The notes under the pieces are model-generated. The model did not search any database. It was not told the origin of the DNA and was given only the letters and a program-made list of their open reading frames with translations. Positions 11,383 through 26,357 of a DNA stretch of 64,000 nt are shown here, in pieces (position 1 is the first letter of the stretch; the number at the start of each line of letters is the position of its first letter). Source of the DNA: Octopus vulgaris (taxonomy: Eukaryota). The stretch covers positions 43,958,001 through 44,022,000 of the forward strand of contig OX597824.1 of assembly GCA_951406725.2 (NCBI GenBank), read 5' to 3'. A program made the translations under genes and the position numbers.

Positions 11383-14300
11383 AGATTTAACTTGAATTTA
11401 TGAAATGACAACAATAACTTGAAATTGCAGAACACCAAAATAATCTAAGTGAAAATGAAATATCTTAAATATCAATCCATTGACTTCATATGTCAAAGCT
11501 GTTCCTAAGTAAGATATATGGTCAATTGCTTCCTGATCAACTTCGTTTCTGAATTTAGTTTCATGCGTTCTGAAATTAAGTAAAAGTAACTTCCAAATTT
11601 TTTTATCTTCCATACCCAAAGCTCGTTACTCTCCTATGTGTTACTTAAAAATTGGTTACATTCCTACTAAAGCTAGCATCCAGATTTTCTTACTAAAGCT
11701 GCTTTCTAAATTTTGTCTCCTTGTATATTAAATTATGACTGGGACACTAAATCTGTTCTTTAGATTTATTCATCACCATATCAGTTTCTGGATTTATTGC
11801 CAGCAAAATGTCATATTTTCTTACAGGTGTCAATATTTCTAGTAATATAACAGTTGAGAGAATGAAACAATTCAGTTATCAAGTAAAGAATGTTGCTGAG
11901 GTTGACCAACTGACTTTTGTCAGATCTTGTTTCTTAGATTTCTGAGTTTAATTTTTAATTTGCTTCATGCCAGTCTTGTATGTAAAAATGTATGTTATTA
12001 ATTTTAATAACAACAACAACAATAATAATGTATATTAAATAAAAAATTGTTTTTATTTTATTCAATATAGTTCTTTTCACTTTGTTGCAAAAATATGTGA
12101 AAGCACATGGCTGAGTTGTTAGGATGTTGGAGCTCATGTTCATAAGGTTGTGAATTTAGTTACCGGACTGAGTGTTGCATTGTGTCCTTAAGCAAGACAT
12201 TCCATTTCACTTTGCTCTAGTCTACTCAGCTCTGATTAAGTACAGATTAGCACTGGTATCTCTCTCTCTCTCTCTCAGTTGTCACATCCTCAATGTTCCA
12301 CAGTGTCAACAATGAGAAGGTATCTATGTCTGCTTACTACTACACAGATATATAAAAATAATTTGTGAGCAACGTCTATACTTTTGTGAGAATATACTGA
12401 GTTGTCATGCTTGGGAAACTAACATTTTTATATATTTTTAAATGTATATATTATATGCATATATGTATGTAGACAAATGATTTCTGATATTGACACAAGA
12501 CTTCAGATTTGTCAATGACAGAGACAGGGGATTCAAACACCTGCACATGCCTGATAAAATGTAAAATTGGCCTTGACATAATTTGAACTTAGAATGTGTG
12601 TAAGCATTTTGTCCCTAATGTTTACACCACTGCAACTTCATTTTGTAGAGATTAATATCGGAATTGTTGATAATATGAGAAGAAAATAATAGCCATTTTC
12701 CAAGTTGCATCATCTTCGTCATTTTAACATCTTTTCCATGTTTGCATGGGTCAGGCAAGAGTATGCTGAGGCAAAGTTTTCTATAGCTAGATGTCCTTGA
12801 TGTAAACTCACACCTGTAACCCCCACCCAATGTGTTTTCAGTTAAGGTCATATTCTCCAAGTCTATTAAACAACAAATAGCCTGACCATGCGTTCATGAT
12901 CGGCTGCAAGCAAATGACACCATCAACAAGGCCATTGTTTACAACCAGCAACCATGTAAATGAAGGGAAATACAAACTCACACACACACACACATACATA
13001 CCAGATTTCTTTCAGTTTCCATCTACCAAATCTGCTCAGGGCTTTGGTTGGCTTGGGACTATACAAGCAGACATTTGCTCAATTACCCAAGGTTCCACAC
13101 AGTGGGACTGAACTGAAATCACATGGTTGTGAAGTACACTTTCTGACCACGTAGCCATTGAAATAAGTATTAATAGAAAAGTATGTGTTCATTCAATGAA
13201 ACAAAAAATATATGTAAAATATTTAAAATATGTGTTTATCTGAAGAGGTAAATGTTAGGATAAGAGAGAGAACAATTCAACTCAGACTAGAGATAGACAG
13301 TAATAACAGCCATGATCAGTATTTTCATATCACAAGTAGGATTAATGTTATGTCAAGAATTGATAACAGTTAAGTTATCCTTAAAGCTGGAGATTCTTGT
13401 GGACAGGAAAATGCTAACACCAATGAGACACTGGTATGCAGAGATTTTATGATTATTGCAGCCTTGTACCAAATGTATCCAAGTGAAGTTGCAGTTACAC
13501 ATAATCCTTCACATTCAGAAACTTTATTCTGCTGAATATGCATCATTATCATCATCATGATAATGTATTTGCATCTGCTACCTCAGATCCCTTTATGTAA
13601 TCTTTTAAACAATATATTTTATCTGTAAGGTTCATCTTAAAATACACAACCAAAGTTACTTTTTAAGCACACAATAAATTGTAGTTTGTCTTTAATATTT
13701 GAGTATCTTGTTCCAGCTGTGGTTAATTTCCTGACAAATTTAGTACATGATGGCTGTCTTGTGAAAATGTTACTGACATAGCCTTTTTACTTGCATCAGT
13801 TAACATTTTTGTAATATCATGGATCTGGATCACTGAATATGATGCATCAGTTTTATATCCTCAAATGTCTTTTATCATTTGACTCCCCTTCAAAATGGAA
13901 CACATTTTATGAAGTAATGCAATCAGCACTACATGTGGTCTCTAAATAATATATCTCCATAGAAATTAACTATTTCAAAAAAAGATTCTAATTGTTTCTA
14001 TCATGTGGTGGTTTTACCTCTATAATTCATCATCATTTAACATCTATCTTCCATGCTGGCATGGGTTAGACATTTCGCCTGGATCTAATGACCCAGGGGA
14101 TTGTGTCTAGCCCTAGTATCTGCTTTGGTATGGTTTCTATAGCTGGATACTCTTTGTAATGCCAACCATTTTACAGAGTGTATTGGGTGTTTTTTATGGT
14201 ACTGACACTAATGAGGAAACAAGTAATTCGCAAGGTAAATGGAGGTTATTATAAGGAGGGAGATGGTTTTATGCCTGGTGTTGAGAGGTTAAAGTATGAT

Positions 14301-14899
14301 ATAGAGACTGGTACATGTGCCTTGTGATAGAGGAGATACAAGGCTACCTCAACTAGAAAGAGAGATATAGTGTCAATGAGATGTCAAGGTGTACTCTCAA
14401 GGTACAAGAAGGTGAATGTGTGAGAGATTAGGAACAGAGGATTGGCTAGGATGAATAGCTATGTTCATGGGTGTGAAAAAAGAGTGGCAAATGGTTAGAG
14501 ATGAATGACAAACAAGGGTAGAAGCATAGCCAATGGTGAATACCATAATTATCTCTTTAAAATGAGCCTTTGATATACTTATCTTTGTCAGTCTATGTCC
14601 ATAACAAAAAAGACGATTCATCAGTCTCTAAACACAAACTTAGCTCAAATGATCATCATTCCTGATAATTCCAATCTTTTATGATCTTATCTACTCTAAA
14701 ACAGACATTTTCAACAGTTTTAGCACCAATTTATATATCAGTGTCATTTCCAGCTTGTTCTGTTCCAGAAACAGCACTGATTACTTTAATTTCATATGGA
14801 AAAACCTATCCTTCTTAAAAGACCCATTAGAATATTTATTGTTAGAACTTCTCATGCTTCAGAACACATTTTTATATCTGATATATTTGTCTCTTTTAA

Positions 14900-15120
14900 C
14901 CTTTTAGTATTCAAACTAGCCATATCCAGCCCCAAAATTTTACCTATTTTATGGTCAAACTGACCAGATCAGGCCTCTCACACCTACCCTACAATGTCAT
15001 TCTAAAAAATTAACTATCACATTATTGAAATCTTAAAGCTATGAGTTAATGCATGATTAATTCAAAACAATGTGAATAAATAAGCCTTATATTTGACAGA
15101 GTAATATGAATGATAAAGAA
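14900..15120. mobile_element. piggyBac-like MITE, degenerate
   Basis: TTAA flanks with imperfect TIR CCTTTTAGTATTCA / TGAATGATAAAGAA. Confidence 0.55.
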
Positions 15121-15689
15121 TTAAAACTACATTAGAAAAATAGTTCAAGCCAAAGTGGGAATGAAATATTCAGTATGTAGAGTTGCATAAGCTGAATAAA
15201 TTCCTTCATTTCCACCTACTTTATAGTTTCCACATTTTCTGAGATCATCATCAACTTTTCACGCAAGCACTATAGATGAGGCCTGTTTACTCCCTCCAAG
15301 AAGAGTCTTTTCAATTTCCTTAGAGAATAATGTTAACCTTTCAATTTCTTAATCTCCCAAATTCTCCTGAATTTCAATTAATTAACAACTTGTGTTGAAT
15401 CATCAGCATTCATCATATTCATAATAAGCAAGCCTTTCTTTTTTTTTACATTCACATTTGTTCTCTTATCCAACATTCATAAATATTAACAGACTCTTCG
15501 TTTTGAATTTTTTTCAATATCCTCAAACTGCCTGAGGAGTGATATTTTCCCCGGACTCTTTACACATTTTATCAAAATGTAAGCATTTTGATGGTATATG
15601 CTTAGTGACAAAACTTAATATTTAGAAACAGATTTATTCATGTTAGAGTTAGGGACACCTGAAATTTTAAAAATCATTTCAATTTCTGT

Positions 15690-18600
15690 TAATAAATAAT
15701 AAATAAATAATGAAATGATTGTATACAGTGCTCAGGTGCACCACAACTTGTCAGAAAGTGCGTATAAAGTATATGCAGTAATGTACAAATGTCTGGAAAG
15801 CGAACAATGTATGAGTCAGATACATGCTTGTGTGTGTATGGAGGGGAGAAAATCAGATGTAGTGTTGGCAAATCTCAGAACGCATGGAAGTTTTGAAGGA
15901 TGCAGTGCTCTGACAACTAACAACTGATGCCGGCAGTTTGTTCCATGCTTCAGCAACTCTCAGCGTGAAAAAATGTTTCCTAAAGTCATGGGAGCTGTGC
16001 TGTTTTCTGACTTTGTAAATATGTCCACATGTATTAGACGGGTGGAGTTTGAAAAGGTGCTCAGAGTTATTGTTTGTAAGATGGTTAATAATTTTATGGG
16101 TGTCTGCCAAGTCAGCTGCCATACGTTGGAGTTTCAATGTGTCCATGCCCAGGGAAGTAAGGCGTTCAGAATATGGCAAATGCCCGATGGAGGGTATTCT
16201 TTTGGTTGCATATCGCTGAACGGCTTCCAGACGATTAATATCCTGGGCAAGATAGGGGTTCCAGACCGGTGATGCAAATTCCAGGTGAGGTCTTACCATA
16301 GCTATATAAAGCCACAGATAGATAGCCGGAGAGCGGCTCACAAAGGACTTGGTGAGTGATGCCAAGACACCCTCAGCCTTCTTGGCAATTTTAGCGATGT
16401 GTTTTGTCCAACGCAAATCACTGTCGACAATAACACCCAGGTCACGTTCACATGAAGACTTTTTGAGATTAGTGTTGTGGAGTGAGTAAGTGGACGCTAG
16501 GTTTCTCCTCCCAAAATGCATGGTGGTACATTAGTCCACAGCCAGCTTGAGTTGCCAGTCCATGATCCTCTGCTGCATTGTGTCCAGGTCTGCTTGCAAT
16601 AGAGATCTATAGTGTACAGGATCTGACCTCTTTATTTCTAGGTACAGCTTGATGTCATCTGCATATTTCAGCACTGTGACATTCTTTAAGTTGGCATCTA
16701 TGTCATTAACATATGCAACAAATAAAAGGGGGCCAAGAACAGATCCCTGTGGTACACCAGATGTCATCTCATAGGGTGATGAGTGCTGTCCTAGAACTGT
16801 GACAACCTCTTTTCAGCCGAAAATAAAGGACTTCAACCAGTTATGGAGTTCGTCTCTTACGCCCAACGCAGAGAGTTTCACCATAAGTCTTTTGTGTGGC
16901 ACAGAGTTAAAAGCCTTAGCAAAGTCCAGGTAAACAACATCCACCCAGGATCCGCAATCAGTGATTTTGGTAATGTCCTCAAGAAACTCGATGAGTTGAT
17001 TATAGCAGCTGGAGTTAGGAATAAATCCAAATTGTGACGGCTGGATGAGGCTGTGAGACTTCCAGAAGTTCCAGAGGGTTTCCCTGACACAGGATTCCAT
17101 CAGTTTGGCGATGCAGCTAGTAAGACTAATGGGGCAATAGTTGACAGGCGATGTGCGGTCACCTTTTTTGAACAGAGGGATAACACTGGCAGTTTTCCAC
17201 TGCTCTGGAGTAACACCATTGTCAAGACAGAATTGGAAGAATAGAGAAAGTTGACTTAGAAGAAAGTACCCACTGCATTTGAGAAGTAGGTATGTAACAC
17301 CATCGAGACTAGGAGAGGCATAGTTGCATTTATTCTTAAGGAGGCGTTGCAGCATTGCTGGTGTAAATTGCATAGTAGATATAGAGTCTGGTGTCAGTGG
17401 TGATGAAGATGGAACATTTTGGTCTTCGACAGTAAAGATGCCAGTATAGCATCCAAGCAATGATTTCTGCACATTCTTTGGGATTGCCAGTAATCTGTCC
17501 TGTGTGGGGATTGCGAAGGGGACCAACTGGAGAGTGAGGTCTCTGCTTTGAGTGCACATACTTCCAGAACACTTTGCTGTCAGGGTTGGTTGCAACGTGT
17601 TGTTCAAATTCAAGCACTGCCTTTTTTGTCACCTGTTTGAGGTGGTTGGCTGACCTATTGCGCTTTTTCCTGTTGATCTCTGATTTGTGCAATTTGTAAT
17701 CCTGTTCAGCCTTATGGCGTCTTTTCCTGGCAAGTCAAACTGCTGCAGTCTCCCAAATTGCACTATTGGGTGGGTTTTTTTGTGCTTGCATGGTACTGAT
17801 GCTGCACATGCCGCCCATATTGAATTCAGAATGTTCTGGAGTATAGTGTCCACATCTCCAGAGGCATAAAATTCGAGCCAGTTTGGGCATTGCAGCTCAG
17901 TACAATAAGAGCTCTAGTCTGCTTTATTCCAGTCAAAGCGGGCAGTTTAAAGATGGTTGTGGTTTTTGTTACAACCAATCAGAGACAAGTTGGCCATGAT
18001 CATGGAATGATCAGAGTCACCTAAAGGTTCTTCAGTAGTGACACTAATGATTATTTCAGGAGAGGCGGTAAGTAGCAGATCCAAAGTGTTGTTTCCCCTT
18101 GTGGGGGAGGTAACGACTTGGGACCAATTTGAATTCAGCACCAGTTCAAGGAAATCGTCTGCACTTTGCAGCCAATGGAAAGCCTCCCAGTCAATCTCAG
18201 GGAAATTGAAGTCGCCTACAATATAAACATACGGGGCTGTTTTCATGGCAGCAGCTCTGAGGATATCAAAAAGCTGTGTCTTGATGATAATTTAGTGAGC
18301 AGTAAACAACTCCAAGCAGAAGTGTTGACATGGTCATGTGTATATTGCAGAAAAATACTTCCTGCTGAGATTGGTTCAAATCATCACAAGGGATTACCGA
18401 TAGATTTGATCAAACATAAACCATCACACCCACTCCACAGCGATTAATGCGGTCTTTGTGGAACAGGTTGTAGCCGGCTACACTGAAAACTCCACCACAG
18501 AGTGCAGAATGTGCCCATGTTTCCGTAACCATGATGAAATCTGGGTTGATACTTTTGACGTAAGAGTCAAAAAGATGTTCCTTGTTGCATAAACTACGGG

Positions 18601-18900
18601 CATTCAAGGAAAGCAGTTTGTATCTGGATTTCAGATGATGATATACAGGGGATGGCTGATTATTCTTGGTTAGTTTCCCAAGATTTTTGTATTGCCAGTT
18701 GTTGTTGTGGGTGCAGTTTGCTCAGTCCAACTGGTATCCCTTATCCACGACTCACCAGACTTGACAAATTTCCAGATTTGCCCATCATCGCGGAGGTTAA
18801 AACTTTCCTGTGGCACAGAGTTGCGATTTAAGGATGCTACAGATCTTAGCTTTGGGCATACATCAGGTGGTAGGCCAGGACGTGAATCAACTGATTGAAA
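15690..18900 (-). mobile_element. CR1/L2-group LINE with near full-length but disrupted ORF2 (APE endonuclease + RT) and 3' UTR
   Basis: NARSL, VTETW, GDFN, LDLLL, SDH endonuclease motifs; YCPISLTS, YLDFAKAFNSV, SGVPQGSVLGPLLF, YADD RT motifs; AT-rich simple-repeat tail near 15690; several frameshifts. Confidence 0.92.
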
Positions 18901-19943
18901 ATACTCTAATGCTCAAATGATTTTATGCCCTCTAATAGTCTCATTTGAATTGTCTCATCATCTTCATTCTGACCTTGAGTTCCAGTTTTTCAAATTCACA
19001 AAAGCAAAAATTTATTTCTCCAGTTTCCAGAGGTTTAACCATTATGGAAACTTTTTACATGGCCATCTTACCAGCTTCTGATAAAATCAATTTTTTTTTT
19101 TCCCAACAGTGTCCACAGGATATTTTTTATTCTTATTCTAGCAGCAAAAATCAAAACCAAACTTCTGTTATATCTGGGTCATTATATATAAGTTCATTGT
19201 TATTAACCTGTGATACCATTGTCATGTTATATTAAGTTTATGCAAGTAAAGTTGTAGTCATATACAATCCTTTATATCCAAAATCTTTATTCATCTGAAT
19301 AATTAAACACTCTGATGCTGGACTGGTAGTCACCTTAAGTAGTCTTGATCATGTATAAACATGTTAAATTAGCATGGCAATGATATCACAATCATTATTC
19401 AAGAAACAAAAGAAGGATCAAAACTCTTGTGGTTTTGTGGTACAAAAAACCTTACTGTTCACAATGAAAACTTCAGAACATCCACCAACCAACTGTTTGC
19501 CTTCCACTCAGCTAAATATGAAAGCCACATTGACTTGTTCATACCAAAACAAAATGCAGCAAAGGGAAGGTGTGAGAGTTAATTGATTCCATTGTAAGAC
19601 ATAGCCTCTGGTTAATACTAGATTAAGCAATCAACTGCATGCAAGTTCTAAGCCAAAAAGAATGAAACAATTTGTAGTGAGACCAATTTGTTTTATTACA
19701 TATCTAAGACCATTAAGTTTGGTTTATATTGGTTCACCATGCTAATTTGTTATGATTGATTAAAATACCTATCACACAAGTTATTGGACATTTATTGAGC
19801 CCTGTGTCATGATTAGTTAAGTGTTGAGTGGGAATTGGATTGAAGCTCCAGTCACACTGCACGTAATATATATTAGACGACTAATCTTGTATGTGTCCTG
19901 GAGCTTCTTTTTCTCCATAAATTGGTGCCACAAATTGAGTTAA

Positions 19944-21059
19944 CCCTTTCGTTACCAAACAGCCCAAAGCCGCCCGGAAAAACTTTTGGTTAATGTGAAC
20001 AAACCGCCCAAACCCGTCCGAATTTGCCTATTCATATTTAAATGAGAATATCAGAGCAAATCTCTTTAGTACATTCGTGAAAACACGTGATTATGCTTCG
20101 TAAACAGTTCATCTACAGTTTTGTAGAAAGATCGACGTGTAATTTTAATTCCCTGAATTTTGGGAGTTTTTTTCCACATTTTTTTCGGCATCGATTTTTC
20201 TTCAACTTTGAAAATAGATAGGAGTTTCATGTAATCAAGCATTGATTCCGAATTGGAAAATTTGTGAAACAAATACTGGGTACTGTTGTGGATTTAGTTT
20301 TTATACAGGGAAACTAATGTTAGTCAGCATGGCTTAGGGTATGATATGGTCTGGAAGTTATTGTTTGAAGCGATCAATGCGGAAACAAACTTACGCAGAA
20401 CGTAAACAAACGCAAAATGGGGGTTCAAATTTCGGAAAATTTGTGAAGCAAATACTGGGTACTGCGTGAATTTAGTTTTTATACAGGGAAAATAATGGTA
20501 GTCAGCATGGCCTAGGGAACGATGTGGTCTGGAATTTATCACTTCCATACCATAACCAGGGCCGTATATTATTTTTTGACCGATTTCTTTAGTTCGGTCA
20601 AACTTACGGTGGATTCCAATATTTCAGTTTCTTCCACCTTTATGGTACACCTGTTGTGCATTAAATTCAACTGATGATATAGTGATGTGCACAATTCTTC
20701 TTTATAAAAATTTTGTTGCATACCCATTTGAATATTAGCTGATGATTCATTTTCTATGGTGATGTTTAAACAAAATTTTTATATTTTTACTTTTTGTTCA
20801 ATTTAAAATTTTTATATTTTTACCTTTTGCTCAATTTACCTGGATTTACCTGTAATTAAAGTCACTTTGAGACAAAAGTTATGCAATAGAATTGATTAAA
20901 AACCCTTTCTTTAATTATGTTCCAAATATCACATTAAAATGTTGATAAGTAAAAAAGTTACAGTTATTTAATGAAACAAGCCTAGATTCATGATTATTTT
21001 AGAATTTAATTGAAACTCATGAGGGGTGTATTTTGGTCAGAAATATAGTAACGAAAGGG
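19944..21059. mobile_element. Non-autonomous piggyBac-like element (~1.1 kb)
   Basis: TTAA target site on both sides; TIR CCCTTTCGTTAC / GTAACGAAAGGG; internal ~100-bp direct repeat (~20255-20360 and ~20430-20540); CpG-richer than the flanks. Confidence 0.88.
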
Positions 21060-22299
21060 TTAAGAGGGTGAGAGCTTTCATTGAGGCAAGTTTGCAGATC
21101 TTGCTGTCCAGAGGAGAACTGACATGAAAAAGCCCTTGCAACCAATGATGATCCAAGCTGATTTATCAAATTGATGGATAAACAACAACCACCAGAACTT
21201 GTAACGTTTCTTCTTCTGATCCACTGTACCACTTTACAAAGGAATAAAATCCCAATGTTATTATAGTTTCTCTTATTACTAATACAAACAAACATGCACT
21301 ATATTATACAATGATGTACATGATTCATTAGTAAAACCAGGGTGACTTCCTCATTAAAAAATTCAACACAGCAAAGACCAAAGTGCTAGTAATGTAAAGC
21401 ACATCCTAGTACCAGCTGAGAATTTTTTTTTTTATATTTAAGTAGGAGCTCAGTACAAGCATCTGATTCACAAAAGATGCAACAGGATCTCTGGAAGATT
21501 AGCAAGGAACCATAACTTTTAGATGTAATAGATTTATAGTAATTAGCATTAGAGATATTCTTAAAATGAATTCTACTCAATATCATTTCTTTCTTTCAAA
21601 TACAAACACTTGCAACTATGCAAGAAAAAGAAGGACATTAAATAGAAATATACACTTAACCACAGATGTTAACACTAGTAGCAGAATACCATCACTGTCT
21701 CTATGCTTATAAAAAATACAGTTGCTTTGGTTAGTTCTTTGGAAATCTAGTTGCAGTTGTTAAGAGCTATGATAAAAAGCTTTCTTGTTATGACCATCCA
21801 TCCCATTTTCAGACTGAGTGTAGCTAAGTCTACATTATCTTTCCTTTTGTTTTTTGGGGTTTTTAATATTTTTTTTTATTTGAAGATGATTAAATGTGAT
21901 TTAGGTTAGATTTTTGCTGCTATTTACTACCACCTTGGTACATGTTGCTTTTCACATAACATGTCCATACCAGCATGGATATCTCTCAAGCTCACTTATA
22001 CATACCTCTGACAGCCATTTTCTCAACTCACTTGAGTTCATCCTTGTAGATATAACAATGTAGATTCATCATATCATTTATTTCCAATACAAAAGTAATT
22101 TTTCTGTGCTAGGCAAGGCACAAAACTTATATTACCTAGTAATACACTTTAATTAGATTGCACAAACTGGCAGGAATTATAATTAGTACACATCATAGGA
22201 CCGTTGTTATAGGAACAAATATTACAGAAATTTGTCAAAAAATTACATCATTTGTATAAGGCCATAATAATAATTGGTGTTTTTAGACATTTGTGAAAA

Positions 22300-22445
22300 A
22301 TGCGTGTCAAATTATTCTGAAAATTTTACTTCTGGAACTGTATCGCGGAAGAGATTTTAACATGAGGCGCCGTGCGTTGTCTCATAAAGGGAGATAATTC
22401 TTCTCAATTTACAGGTAATTATCCCTATGAAGAATATTTATCAAC
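22300..22445 (+). promoter_or_regulatory. Putative MOCS3 promoter / 5' UTR
   Basis: Local CpG enrichment in a CpG-poor background, an ETS-like CGGAAG near 22346, and a YY1-like AACATGGC overlapping the start codon; inference only. Confidence 0.4.
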
Positions 22446-22541
22446 ATGGCAAATGAAACTGACGAAATCAAAACATTGCGATTGATAATAAACGAACAGA
22501 ATGAAGAGATACAACGTTTAAAGGAGGAATTAGATAAAAAG
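22446..22541 (+). CDS. MOCS3: MOCS3/UBA4 exon 1 (N-terminal coiled coil)
   Basis: caacATGG start; MANETDEIKTLRLIINEQNEEIQRLKEELDKK|gtattg; phase 0 joins exon 2. Confidence 0.8.
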
Positions 22542-23481
22542 GTATTGAAAATATAGACTTTCTATATGACTAATAAGATATTTTGATGTTGGACTTGAAG
22601 AGAGAGGAGAAACTGCGTGTTAACATGTGTATGTTAGCCATTCTAAAACAATTTGGCGGTGTTTTGGAAAGCTGTTCCTCGAAGTCATCATACTTCATGG
22701 AAAAGGATAATAGCATAGGAAGTGGGGTTGGTAAAACCTAAAAAAAAAAATTGGAATTTTTTGTACGTTTTAGGAAAAAATATTTTTTCTGAATAGTTAT
22801 ACGAAGCATGGGAATGCTAAAAATGAAAGAAATAAAAAAAAAACCCCTGTTTTCCTTTTTCATGATGTATGGAACTTCGAAGGACAGCTATTTCGAAAAC
22901 AACACTAACAATTCTATATTAAAATATCCTCATCACCCATTTGTTGTGCGTCACCTGGCTGTTACAAGCTGCACTTCTGCCAAAAGAACAATAAATAGCG
23001 GAGGACGAAATGTAATCAAAATATGAGAGGAACATCACAGTTACATTAGTTAAATACTTGGGAAAGGTCTGTCTTAGCACAACTTACTAAATTTCGTAAC
23101 TACTCAAGTTACTGAATGATTTCCAACCAACCAACACGGGTGCTACTATGTGAAAGCTCGATCTACTAGAAATGCCAACTACATATCTCTTGATTCATGC
23201 TCTACCATCTTATAAAAAAAAGTCAAGGTCTCCGTGGATAAGGTTTTAGACTATATTTGATTGTGAGTAGAAGGCAGAATTGTCACTTTTTGAATGCCTT
23301 TTCATCATAGATCAGATCACTTGGGATTAATTGGGGTAAACAACTGGTGCATATCGATCACAGAGTATTACAAGGCATTGCATTTAGCTATTTCTGTGAA
23401 GTTTCTTGATCTTTTATCTTTTACTTGTTGCAGTCACTGGATTACGGCCATACAGGGACACTGCTTTCAAGGGGTTTAGAA

Positions 23482-24477
23482 TATAATAATAATGAAATTA
23501 TTGTATACAGTGCTCAGGTGCACCACAACTTGTCAGAAAGTGCGTATAAAGTATATGCAGTAATGTACAAATGTCTGGAAAGCGAACAATGTATGAGTCA
23601 GATACATGCTTGTGTGTGTATGGAGGGGAGAAAATCAGGTGTAGTGTTGGCGAATCTCAGAAAGCATGGAAGTTTTGAAGGATGCAGTGCTCCGACAACT
23701 AACAACTGATGCTGGCAGTTTGTTCCATGCTTCAGCAACTCTCAGCGTGAAAAAATGTTTCCTAAAGTCATGGGAGCTGTACTGTTTTCTGACTTTGTAA
23801 ATATGCCCACGGGTGTTAGATTGGTGGAGTTTGAAAAGGTGCTCAGAGTTTTTGTTTGTAAGATGGTTAATAATTTTATGGGTGTCTGCCAAGTCAGCTG
23901 CCATACGTTGGAGTTTCAATGTGTCCATGCCCAGAGAAGTAAGGCGTTCAGAATATGGCAAATGCCGGATGGAGGCTATTCTTTTGGTTGCACGTCACTG
24001 AACGGCTTCCAGACAATTAATATCCTGGGCAAGATAGGGGTTCCAGACTGGTGATGCAAATTCCAGGTGAGGCCACACCATAACTATATAAAGCCTCAGA
24101 TAGATAGCCAGAGAGCGGCTCACAAAGGACTTGGTGAGTGATGCCAAGACACCCTCAGCCTTTTTGGCAATTTTGCAATGTGTTTTGTCCAACGCAAATC
24201 ACTGTCGACAATAACACCCAGGTCACGTTCACACGAAGACTTTTTGAGATTAGTGTTGTGGAGGGAGTAGGTAGACGCTGGGTTTCTTCTTCCAAAACGC
24301 ATGTTGGTTCATTTGTCCACAGCCAGCTTGAGTTGCCAGTCCATGATCCTCTGCTGCATTGTGTCCAGGTCTGATTGCAATAGAGATCTGACCTCTTTAT
24401 TTCGAGGTACAGCTTGATGTCATCTGCATATTTCAGCACTGTGGCATTCTTTAAGTTGGCATCTATGTCATTAACAT
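23482..24477 (-). mobile_element. 5'-truncated second copy of the CR1/L2-group LINE at 15690-18900
   Basis: Highly similar to ~15705-16710 with small indels. Confidence 0.92.
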
Positions 24478-24639
24478 GATTGAAAAAAATTTCGAAAAAA
24501 GATAAAAATTAAAGATTTGGAGTGGGGTTGGAATTAAAAATTTTGAAAACATGGTTTTTTGCATATACAGAATCTCTGTCATTGAAAAAGTAGGAATCCA
24601 GTGAAAGGTAAAAAAAATAGACCTTTTGGTGACCGAGTG

Positions 24640-25070
24640 TTCAACTTGATCCTGAAAGTTATGAGGGGGGAAAAAAATGGATGGTGTGAACTTTCCAACA
24701 GTTCTCTCCCCACCCCTTCAGAAAACATTTTCCCCACAAATTTCATTATAATCGTAATCTATGCTGTTTGAAAGATGTTACTGTAAAATTTAATTAAAAG
24801 ATATCCATTTTTCTGAAAGTTATGAGGGGGAAAAAAACAGATCATGTGAATTTTCCGATAGTCCTCTCCCCACCACTCTGGAAAAAATTTCCCTGAAATG
24901 TCTTTATAATCGTAATTTGTGCCATTTGAACAGTAATTCTATAAAATTTCATCACTATATATCCATTTTCCAGAAAGTTATGAGGGAAAAATCGAATTTT
25001 GTGAATTTTCTGCAAGTCCTATCCCCACTACCCCATGATCGTTTGTACAAATTTTTTTTCATATTCGTTT
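24640..25070. repeat. Three degenerate ~160-bp tandem units
   Basis: gaaagttatgagggg...gtgaa.tttcc...ctctccccac recurs near 24654, 24815 and 24973. Confidence 0.7.
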
Positions 25071-25341
25071 ACCACACAGTTTTTAACACCTAGCAGGCTG
25101 GCTCCTTTTTGTTTTTGTTAACAGGTCTCCAACTTTATATTGCCCTTAATTTCTACATCTGTTATTACTAGATATATTACATTCTACAGCAAATAATGTT
25201 TCATGTGAACAAATTATTCATTCAGTTCTGGCTATTATTTGAGCTATATATGTGTGTAGGATTACTTAGATATTGGATATTGCAGGAATAACTTATTAGT
25301 GTGAGTGTGTGTGTGTGTCTGTATGTATATATATGTATATA

Positions 25342-26357
25342 TAGGGGTTGGACAAAATAATGGAAATAAAATTTCAAAAAAATTAATTTTAATATGGGAT
25401 AGGACTGCCTTTGGCAGTAATTACAGCTTGAATTCTATGAGGTATGGCCTCGTACAAAGTTTGAATTGTTTCCAAAGGAATTTTTGTCCATTCTTCAACT
25501 AAAACAGTCTCCAGTTCTTGTAGTGATGATGGTGGAGGATATCGACTCCGTCCTTGTTTTTCTAAAATGCACCATCAATAATATTGAGATCTGGGGACTG
25601 TGGTGGCCAGCTAAGATGTTCAACTTCACTAGAATGTTCTTTGTGGCATTCAGTAACAACTTTAGCTGTGTGAATTGGTGCATTATCATCCTGAAAGATT
25701 GTGTTTACCTCTGGAAACAGTTCTGCAACCATAGGATGAATTTGATCAGATAAAATGCTTAAATAGTCTTGACTATTAATTCTGCTATAAAGGGAAACCA
25801 TTGGGCTGACAGATTTTCAAGATATAGCCCCCCACTCCCCGATCATTACACATCCTCCTCCATGTTTAACAGATGGAAGAAGGCAGTCTGGGTCAAATGC
25901 TTCTTTTGGCTGTCTCCACATGTATACTAGCTTTACTTTTGTGATGCTTTCTAACAATTCACATAAGAGTCCAACAGTCCCTATCTGAAAGTTTTGGTTT
26001 TCTTCTGAAGTTTTGTTTCGATGAGGAGGTTTTTCCCTCTTTCTCAAAGATTGTCATTACTTTCAAGACAATACTTCTTGATACTCCAAACATTTCGACT
26101 GTTTTCATTATGCTAACGCCTGCTATACAAGCACCAACAATTTGGCCTCTTTGAAAGACTGATAGATCTGTCATTTTAATGAATTTTAATTACCTTTTCT
26201 GATGATATCTGAAAAGAAACAGTAATTTTAGCAAAACATACTAAGCAACACTAATAATAAATCAAAAAACGAAAATAAACAAGCTTTTGACAGTTTTATA
26301 GATATTTCAAAATTATGATGCTATGCTGCTAGGTATTTCCATTATTTTGTCCAACCC

